Assembly (NCBI GenBank): GCA_026387175.1
Contig: JAPLME010000002.1
Coordinates: forward strand, 12,780-76,779
Length of the DNA: 64,000 nucleotides
Direction: 5' to 3'
Origin: Candidatus Omnitrophota bacterium
Lineage (GTDB): Bacteria > Omnitrophota > Gorgyraeia > 2-01-FULL-45-10
The notes beneath the pieces were generated by a model. The model was not told the origin of the DNA, searched no databases, and saw only the letters and a program-made list of their open reading frames with translations. The position numbers and the translations under genes were made by a program. This document shows, one piece after another, positions 57,134-64,000 of the stretch (positions within the stretch are counted from its first letter, which is position 1; each line of letters starts with the position of its first letter).

Positions 57134-58447
57134 ATGACCTACCAGGAAGCTCTACAATATCTCGATAGCTTCATCAATTACGAAAAGAAGAATAACTACG
57201 ATTATAACCTCTCCTTTAAACTCGACAGAATGAAGAGGCTATGTTCTCTTTTGGGCGATCCCCAAAAGGAGATCAGGTCCATCCATGTGGCAGGCACCAA
57301 AGGAAAAGGCTCCACTTCCGCTATAATACAATCCATTCTGAAAAGCTCCGGTTTTAAGACGGGCCTTTACACGTCTCCGCACCTTGTATCTTTCTGCGAG
57401 AGGATAAAAATAAATGACGCTCTTATAACGGAAGAAGATGTGGGCGCTATACTCGATACGGTAAAAAGCGCGATAGATGAGATGGGCTCTGAGAAGCCCT
57501 CCTTTTTCGAAATATATACAGCGCTGGCATACCTTTATTTTAAGAGAGAGAATGTGGATTTCGCCGTATATGAGGCGGGATTAGGGGGGCGTCTCGACGC
57601 CACCAATGTAATAGACCCCCTGGTATGTGTCATCACTCCGATAAGCTATGAGCACACGCATATTCTCGGAGATACGCTTGCGAAGATCGCGTATGAGAAG
57701 GCCGGAATAATTAAGAGCGGCAGCATCTGCGTATCGGCCCCGCAGGAAGACGAAGCGCTCGCGGTTATAGGAAGCGTGTGCAAAGAGAGGGAGGCTGAAC
57801 TCGTGCTGGCGGGCCGCGATATTAAATTTAAGGAGATCGCCTCAAATGACGAAGAAGAGGTCTTTAACGTCTCTTCATTCTTCGATAAATACGATAGTTT
57901 GCATATGAAACTGCTTGGGTTCCATCAGGTGATAAACGCGAGCGTGGCCATAGGGGCCGTAGAGGCGCTTCGTTTGAGCGGGATCTCCATAGGAAAAGAT
58001 GCGGTAAGGAAAGGGATCGAGTTCGCCAGATGGCCGGGAAGGCTCGAGGTGGTGAGGAAGAGAAGCCCGCGCATAATTCTCGACGGCGCGCAAAATAGAG
58101 CCAGCGCAGATGCCCTGGCGCGCTCAGCGAAAAAGCTATTTAAATACAGGAAGCTTATTCTGGTCCTAGGAGTCTCTAAGGATAAGGATATAAAAGGGAT
58201 GCTAAAGGAACTGGTGCCTGTGTCGGATATCATCATTTTAACGAAGTCCGGAGTGGCCGAGCGGGCGATGGATCCCGAGTTTATAGGCGCTCTTATAACC
58301 CCTGAATCTAAAGTTGCGGGTATAACTCAAAGCGTTAAAGACGCGATCGATATGGCTCTCAGAAAAGCGGGAGCGTCCGACCTAGTGCTGGTTACAGGTT
58401 CTTTATTTGTGGTCGGTGAGGCGCGGCAGATCCTGGTGAAAGAGTGA
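57134..58447 (+). CDS. folC: Folylpolyglutamate/dihydrofolate synthase
   Basis: HVAGTKGKGST, TSPHL, GLGGRLDATN. Confidence 0.95.
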   Translation: MTYQEALQYLDSFINYEKKNNYDYNLSFKLDRMKRLCSLLGDPQKEIRSIHVAGTKGKGSTSAIIQSILKSSGFKTGLYTSPHLVSFCERIKINDALITEEDVGAILDTVKSAIDEMGSEKPSFFEIYTALAYLYFKRENVDFAVYEAGLGGRLDATNVIDPLVCVITPISYEHTHILGDTLAKIAYEKAGIIKSGSICVSAPQEDEALAVIGSVCKEREAELVLAGRDIKFKEIASNDEEEVFNVSSFFDKYDSLHMKLLGFHQVINASVAIGAVEALRLSGISIGKDAVRKGIEFARWPGRLEVVRKRSPRIILDGAQNRASADALARSAKKLFKYRKLILVLGVSKDKDIKGMLKELVPVSDIIILTKSGVAERAMDPEFIGALITPESKVAGITQSVKDAIDMALRKAGASDLVLVTGSLFVVGEARQILVKE

Positions 58448-58451
58448 TGTG

Positions 58452-59846
58452 ATGGCTAAGATAAACACAGACGATACGATAGCGGCGATAGCAACTCCGG
58501 TAGGCGAGGGCGGGATAGGTATAGTGCGTTTAAGCGGCCCTTCAAGCCTTGCGATAGCGGATAAGATATTCGATTCCGCGTCCGGTGAGAAACTCTCCCG
58601 ATGCGCGGCATATACGACACATTACGGAAAGATCAAAGACCCTAAGACATCGGAGATCGTCGACGAGGTCATAGTTACGGTTATGCGCGCGCCTAAGAGC
58701 TATACCAGAGAAGATGTGGTGGAGATAAACTGCCATGGGGGGCTTCAGCCGGTAAAGAAGACGCTGGAGCTTACTTTGAAGAACGGCGCTCGTATCGCGG
58801 ATCCCGGAGAATTTACCAAGAGAGCGTTCCTGAACGGAAGGATAGACCTGGTCCAGGCTGAAGCCGTTCTGGATGTGATACGTTCGAAGACCGAAGCGTC
58901 GCTTAAGGTCGCGATGACCCAGCTCGAAGGCGAGCTTTCCGCAAGGATAAACGCTATTCGGGAAGAGATCATCGATATCACATCGGAACTGGAGGCGGAT
59001 ATAGATTTTTCCGAAGAAGAGGCGGGCGTATCCGACCGAAAGAAACTCTTCCTTCGCACAGGCAAAATAATTACGGATCTCGAAAAATTAATCAATACTT
59101 ACGATGGAGGTTCGATACTGAGGGAGGGAGTTCTGGCGGTAATATGCGGCAAACCCAATGTCGGAAAATCGAGCCTGATGAATCTCCTCTTAAAAAGGGA
59201 CAGAGTCATCGTATCTCCTATACCCGGCACGACCCGTGATACGATCGAGGAGATGATCAGTCTGAATGGCATTCCGATCCGCCTTGTGGATACGGCAGGG
59301 ATAACCGACACGAAGGATATGCTTGAGAAAGAAGGCGTTGCCCGAAGCAGGAAATATCTCGCGATGGCGGACATTGTGGTGCTCATCCTGGATCATTCCA
59401 CGAGGATAGACAGAGCCGACCGGGAGATCATAAAGATGTGCGCCGGCAAGAAGAAGATAGTGGCGCTGAATAAGACGGATCTTGCCGGAAAGATCGATGC
59501 GAAGGATATGCGGGCGCTCTTGAAGAAAGAGAAGTTCATAAAGATATCTGTCGGTAAGCGTAAAAATATAGATCTTCTGGAAAACGCGCTGACGGAGGCA
59601 GTATGGTCCGGCGGTTTTACCCAGGGCGAGCCGGCTATACTTAGCAACGCGCGTCACAAAGGGCTTCTTGACAAAGCTCTTGCAAATATGTTATCAGTTA
59701 AAGAGGCGTTTAAAGCGGATGAAGGGCCGGAGACCATTGCGATAGACCTGAAAGAGGCGATAGCGGCGCTGGGGCTCGTGATAGGCAAGACTATTTCAGA
59801 TGATATACTTGACAGGATCTTCGAACGGTTCTGCATAGGGAAATGA
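58452..59846 (+). CDS. mnmE: tRNA modification GTPase MnmE
   Basis: DTIAAIATP, GKPNVGKSS, GTTRD, FCIGK. Confidence 0.98.
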   Translation: MAKINTDDTIAAIATPVGEGGIGIVRLSGPSSLAIADKIFDSASGEKLSRCAAYTTHYGKIKDPKTSEIVDEVIVTVMRAPKSYTREDVVEINCHGGLQPVKKTLELTLKNGARIADPGEFTKRAFLNGRIDLVQAEAVLDVIRSKTEASLKVAMTQLEGELSARINAIREEIIDITSELEADIDFSEEEAGVSDRKKLFLRTGKIITDLEKLINTYDGGSILREGVLAVICGKPNVGKSSLMNLLLKRDRVIVSPIPGTTRDTIEEMISLNGIPIRLVDTAGITDTKDMLEKEGVARSRKYLAMADIVVLILDHSTRIDRADREIIKMCAGKKKIVALNKTDLAGKIDAKDMRALLKKEKFIKISVGKRKNIDLLENALTEAVWSGGFTQGEPAILSNARHKGLLDKALANMLSVKEAFKADEGPETIAIDLKEAIAALGLVIGKTISDDILDRIFERFCIGK

Positions 59847-59858
59847 CGGGAGAATCCG

Positions 59859-60416
59859 ATGGATAAAGCACGTATAGAAAAAGCGGTCAGGGAGATACTG
59901 CTGGCCATAGGAGAAGATGTAAAACGACATGACATAAAGGATACGCCCAGCCGGGTTGCCGACATGTATGAGGAGATATTGGGTGGCACCAAGGTTAACC
60001 CGGAAAAGGAGCTTGAGGTCGTATTCGAGAAAGAGCATGATGAGATAGTGCTGCTTAAAGGAATTCCGCTATATTCAATCTGTGAACATCATCTTTTGCC
60101 GTTCATAGGACGGGCGCACGTTGCCTATATTCCGAGCAATAACCGCGTAACGGGCTTGAGCAAGATCGCAAGGGTAGTAGACACATTTTCCAGGCGGTTG
60201 CAGGTCCAGGAGCGCCTGACTACCGATATTGCGGACCTGATAATGAGAAAATTAAAGCCGAAAGGCGTTCTGGTGGTTATAGAGGCCGAACATCTCTGCA
60301 TGAGCATGAGGGGCGTCAAGAAACCCGGTGTAATGACCATAACCAGCGCTGTCCGCGGTGTATTCAGAAAGAACGAAAAGACCCGGTCCGAGGCCCTCGC
60401 CCTTATCCGCGGTTGA
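59859..60416 (+). CDS. folE: GTP cyclohydrolase I
   Basis: [27 protein letters not shown]. Confidence 0.98.
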   Translation: MDKARIEKAVREILLAIGEDVKRHDIKDTPSRVADMYEEILGGTKVNPEKELEVVFEKEHDEIVLLKGIPLYSICEHHLLPFIGRAHVAYIPSNNRVTGLSKIARVVDTFSRRLQVQERLTTDIADLIMRKLKPKGVLVVIEAEHLCMSMRGVKKPGVMTITSAVRGVFRKNEKTRSEALALIRG

Positions 60417-60479
60417 CGCTTAAGAGCCGCATATTATCGTTGAATTACCCTATTCCATATAATATAATATAAATCTATT

Positions 60480-60926
60480 ATGAACCCATTACTGGAATTC
60501 AGCAGAAATTATATATTCCTGACATCATTTGCGGCCTGGGCGATCGCCCAGACGATAAAGGTCATTCTGGGCGTAATAAGGGAGAAACGCTTTAACTTCA
60601 GATGGTTTGTCGGGACCGGCGGCATGCCCAGCGCGCATGCGGCGAGCGTATCGTCGCTATCCACATCGGTGGGCGTTACCTATGGCTTTGATTCCGCGTT
60701 ATTTGCCATCGTGCTCACATTCACTCTCATAATCATGTTCGATGCCCAGACGACAAGGCTTTCTACTGGGAGGCAGGCCGGTATATTGAATAAGATGATA
60801 GACGATATATACTGGAAGCACCAGTTCGACGACAAGAAGCTTAAAGAATTTTTAGGGCATACGCCGATAGAAGTGTTCGTCGGAGCGGGCCTGGGCATAG
60901 TGGTTTCGTTACTCCTCTATAAATAG
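60480..60926 (+). CDS. Divergent PAP2 (DUF212) family protein
   Basis: GGMPSAH, GHTPIEV. Confidence 0.92.
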   Translation: MNPLLEFSRNYIFLTSFAAWAIAQTIKVILGVIREKRFNFRWFVGTGGMPSAHAASVSSLSTSVGVTYGFDSALFAIVLTFTLIIMFDAQTTRLSTGRQAGILNKMIDDIYWKHQFDDKKLKEFLGHTPIEVFVGAGLGIVVSLLLYK

Positions 60927-60943
60927 AAAAGAAGGTATTCGCC

Positions 60944-61801
60944 GTGAATAAAAAGATCGCGGTTTTTGCGATATCGGCTGCACTGTCGATCATCTTCGTC
61001 GTTATGCTTTATCGGCTGATATTCGATATGGCCTCGCGGGCCCGAACGCCGGCGCCGGACATATCCAAAACCGCCGCCACAATCTCTAAACCCGCGGAAA
61101 GAGAGGATGCGTACTGGCGCCTTGCCTCGATCTGCGAAAAAAAACAGGATCTTTTAAAATTAAAAAATATCTATCAGCAGATACTGGAAGAGTTTCCCTC
61201 TTCCAATAATGTCCTGAAAGCCCAGGAGGCGCTGGAAAATACCAATGTAAGGCTCTTATTCTCAGATATTCAGGACCCCGACTCTTTTATCTATCGGGTA
61301 GAGAAAGGCGATGGGCTGGCCAAGATAGCTAAGAAATTCAATACGACCGTAGAGCTTATTTTAAGGGCCAATGGATTGAAGGACGGGGTATTGAGGTACG
61401 GCAGGAAGCTGAAGATCACGAAGCTCAGATTCAGCATAGTTGTGGACAAATCGCAAAATATATTGACCTTGAAAGCGGACGACAAGATATTCAAGACTTA
61501 CAGAGTATCCACAGGAAAGGATTCTTCAACACCGGTAGGCAGTTTTAAAATAATCACTAAGATAATAAATCCGCCATGGTATCCCGCTAAAGGTAAGGCG
61601 ATACCGTCCGGCGATCCGAAAAATGTCCTCGGGTCGAGGTGGCTGGGCATATCCAAACCCAGCTATGGCATACACGGCACCATAGATCCGGCCTCCATAG
61701 GTAAGAGTGTAACCGAAGGCTGTGTCAGGATGAAGAACATTGAGGTCGAGGAACTCTATTCGATAGTGCCTGAGGGCACAGAAGTGGTCATAGTCGATTG
61801 A
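60944..61801 (+). CDS. LysM + YkuD L,D-transpeptidase
   Basis: YRVEKGDGLAKIA; YGIHGT...GCVRM. Confidence 0.93.
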   Translation: MNKKIAVFAISAALSIIFVVMLYRLIFDMASRARTPAPDISKTAATISKPAEREDAYWRLASICEKKQDLLKLKNIYQQILEEFPSSNNVLKAQEALENTNVRLLFSDIQDPDSFIYRVEKGDGLAKIAKKFNTTVELILRANGLKDGVLRYGRKLKITKLRFSIVVDKSQNILTLKADDKIFKTYRVSTGKDSSTPVGSFKIITKIINPPWYPAKGKAIPSGDPKNVLGSRWLGISKPSYGIHGTIDPASIGKSVTEGCVRMKNIEVEELYSIVPEGTEVVIVD

Positions 61802-61816
61802 TCGAAGAAAGGTATT

Positions 61817-62779
61817 ATGGCGATGATGCCCGGGTTTGAATTCGAGAAACCCATCATAGAATTAGAGAGAAAGATAGAAGAGCTTAAAGGGCTCACCTCC
61901 CACAAGGATATAAATATTTCCGGCGAGATCAAGACCCTGGAAGGCAAACTCCTTCAGATAAAGACGGATGTATACGAAAATCTTACCCCATGGCAGCGAG
62001 TCCAGATAGCCCGCCATCCGAAAAGGCCGTACACACTTGACTACATCGAGATGATGATGACGGACTTTATCGAGATACACGGCGACAGGCATTTTTCCGA
62101 TGACAAGGCCATGATATGCGGCCTGGCGAAGATCGACGGGGAGAGCATAGTCGTGATCGGCCATCAGAAGGGAAGAGATACCAAAGAGAACCTCGAAAGG
62201 AATTTCGGCTGCGCCAACCCTGAGGGCTATAGGAAAGCGATGAGGGTGATGTATATGGCCGCCAAGTTCAACCTGCCCATCGTCACCTTCATAGATACGC
62301 CGGGCGCATACCCCGGAATAGGCGCCGAAGAGAGGGGCCAGGCTGAAGCGATCGCATATAACCTGAGAGAGATGGCGGACCTGAGGACGCCGATACTGAT
62401 CTTTGTAATAGGCGAGGGCGGTTCGGGCGGAGCGCTTGGCATAGGCGTTGGCGACAGAATCTATGTGATGGAGAACGCCTATTATTCGGTGATATCTCCC
62501 GAAGGCTGCGCGGCTATACTATGGAAAGAACGCTCCCGTTCGCCTGATGCCGCTATGGCGCTGAAGCTGACCGCGAAGGACCTGATCGAGATGAAGATAA
62601 TCGATGGTATGATAAAAGAGCCTCTCGGAGGAGCCCACAGGGATCCTCAGGGGACGGCCACTAGCCTGAAAAAAGTGATAAAGAAGGAACTGACGAGCCT
62701 GAAGGCCATTCCAAAAGACAAACTGATAAAAGCAAGATATGATAAAATCAGATCCGTTGGCGTTTTTAAAGAATCGTAA
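61817..62779 (+). CDS. accA: Acetyl-CoA carboxylase carboxyltransferase alpha
   Basis: [28 protein letters not shown]. Confidence 0.97.
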   Translation: MAMMPGFEFEKPIIELERKIEELKGLTSHKDINISGEIKTLEGKLLQIKTDVYENLTPWQRVQIARHPKRPYTLDYIEMMMTDFIEIHGDRHFSDDKAMICGLAKIDGESIVVIGHQKGRDTKENLERNFGCANPEGYRKAMRVMYMAAKFNLPIVTFIDTPGAYPGIGAEERGQAEAIAYNLREMADLRTPILIFVIGEGGSGGALGIGVGDRIYVMENAYYSVISPEGCAAILWKERSRSPDAAMALKLTAKDLIEMKIIDGMIKEPLGGAHRDPQGTATSLKKVIKKELTSLKAIPKDKLIKARYDKIRSVGVFKES

Positions 62780-63188
62780 GAATCTATCCGGAAAGATCCT
62801 GATAAAAGTTCCGAGTGAGATGAGATACATAAGAAAAGTATCTTCCGGAGTATTGTCAGGGCTTAAGCATTATAATGTTGACGAAGGCAGGCTATTCGAT
62901 ATAAGACTTTGCGTCGAAGAGGCGGTAAGGAACGCGATGGTCCATGGAAACCATTCCGATAGCGCCCTTTCGGTCAAGATCGCGTATTGGGTCGATAATG
63001 GAGTTCTCAGCGTAGAGATAGAAGATGAAGGCTCAGGTTTTGACCATACTAATGTGGACGATCCCACTCTTGCGGGACATATTCTGAAAAATTCCGGCAG
63101 AGGGGTTTACCTGATTAAAAAGCTTATGGATAAAGTCGAATACAATGACAAGGGCAATAAAGTGGCCATGATAAAGAGGCTAAAGTAA
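62739..63188 (+). CDS. RsbW-like anti-sigma factor kinase (start uncertain)
   Basis: [24 protein letters not shown]. Confidence 0.88.
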   Translation: MIKSDPLAFLKNRKNLSGKILIKVPSEMRYIRKVSSGVLSGLKHYNVDEGRLFDIRLCVEEAVRNAMVHGNHSDSALSVKIAYWVDNGVLSVEIEDEGSGFDHTNVDDPTLAGHILKNSGRGVYLIKKLMDKVEYNDKGNKVAMIKRLK

Positions 63189-63201
63189 GGGGGGTAAGGA
63201 T

Positions 63202-63537
63202 ATGCCGATGAAGGTAGAGACCAAAAATGGATTGACTGTCTGTTATGTCGAGGGCGAGATCGATATAAATACAAGCCCCGGCGTAAAGAAATCTTTCGAC
63301 AAATTGATAAGCTCGAAAACGCCGAAAATAATAATTAACCTGTCGAGGGTAACGTATGTCGATTCGTCGGGCCTGGCGACGCTTGTAGAGATATTAAAGA
63401 ACATGAGGTCGTATGGGGGCAGGCTCAGGTTATCGGACATGTCCTCGAAGGTAAAGAGCCTGTTCGAGATAACGAAACTTGAGAAGTTATTCGAGATAGT
63501 CGTCGATGAGAAAGAGGCCATTTCGACGTTCGTTTAG
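63202..63537 (+). CDS. RsbV-like STAS anti-anti-sigma factor
   Basis: GEID, YVDSSGL. Confidence 0.92.
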   Translation: MPMKVETKNGLTVCYVEGEIDINTSPGVKKSFDKLISSKTPKIIINLSRVTYVDSSGLATLVEILKNMRSYGGRLRLSDMSSKVKSLFEITKLEKLFEIVVDEKEAISTFV

Positions 63538-63559
63538 TCTGTTTTTATAGGACGGTGAT

Positions 63560-64000
63560 ATGAATTTCTTCGAACGGATAGGCAGTATAGTACTGGGCGC
63601 GTACCGGCAGACCGTCGAGGCCCTGGCGTTATTTTTTGATACCATCGCCTGGCTGATCATCGGCCCTGCCAAGCATAAGTCGGCCAAGCGGTCCGGCATA
63701 TTCTACCAGATGGTATTTGTAGGCGCCGGTTCTCTCATAATAACTTTCTTCGTGGCTTTTTTCACCGGTATAGTGATCGCGATGCAGAGCGCTTATCAGC
63801 TCGGCAAGTTCGGCGCGAATATATATGTGGCTCCGATGGTCGCGGTGAGCCTTGCCAGAGAGCTCGCTCCTGTACTGACGGCGCTCGTTGTGGCCGGCAG
63901 GGTCGGAGCGGCAATCGCCGCTGAACTGGGGACGATGAAAGTCAGCGAGCAGATAGAAGCGCTCGAGACGATGGCCCTTAATCCGATCAGGTATCTGGTT
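63560..64000 (+). CDS. mlaE: MlaE-family ABC permease (3' end outside window; not in ORF track)
   Basis: Own translation: RELAPVLTALVVAGRVGAAIAAELGTMKVSEQIEALETM. Confidence 0.92.
   Translation, partial: MNFFERIGSIVLGAYRQTVEALALFFDTIAWLIIGPAKHKSAKRSGIFYQMVFVGAGSLIITFFVAFFTGIVIAMQSAYQLGKFGANIYVAPMVAVSLARELAPVLTALVVAGRVGAAIAAELGTMKVSEQIEALETMALNPIRYLV

Noticed and set aside
125-63699. The many minus-strand and nested ORFs in the track
   Set aside because: They shadow well-supported + strand genes and show no recognisable motifs
1-64000. Prophage, DGR/retron, intact IS or alternative genetic code
   Set aside because: No phage structural genes, reverse transcriptase or transposase recognised; conserved genes are intact under the standard code

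Overview
Bacterial chromosomal window. Gene content and protein style (TIGR04073 protein, large signal-peptide multi-enzyme proteins, type IV pilin, TolC/MacAB, MlaE) suggest a diderm such as Candidatus Omnitrophota; this is inference. Every credible gene is on the + strand. (1) 1-4.7 kb is an AT-rich defence-type island: the end of a DndD/PbeC-like ATPase, a PbeD-like gene, a winged-helix protein, a Shedu-type DUF4263 nuclease, DUF4760, a permuted NlpC/P60 protein and NERD, with degenerate palindromic repeats between several genes. (2) 4.8-13.5 kb is an array of unrelated cargo genes: orphan antitoxin plus YjbQ, YhcG nuclease, an 1838-aa secreted multi-enzyme protein and ORF6N. They are separated by a ~96-bp direct repeat that packs a terminator, an 18-bp palindrome and an ECF-type promoter. 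(3) 13.7-20.4 kb holds two more large secreted proteins: one phospholipase C/P1-like, the other a GH77 enzyme in the same N-/C-terminal scaffold as the 1838-aa protein. (4) The rest is envelope, signalling and housekeeping genes, including two tRNA-Ser with integration scars, tolC-macAB, gpmA-purH-folC-mnmE-folE, and accA-rsbW-rsbV-mlaE. The best leads are the repeat-delimited cassette array, the scaffolded secreted 'cytoplasmic enzyme' proteins, and DNA palindromes inside YhcG/ORF6N coding motifs. Family calls come from motif recognition only; no database search was run.
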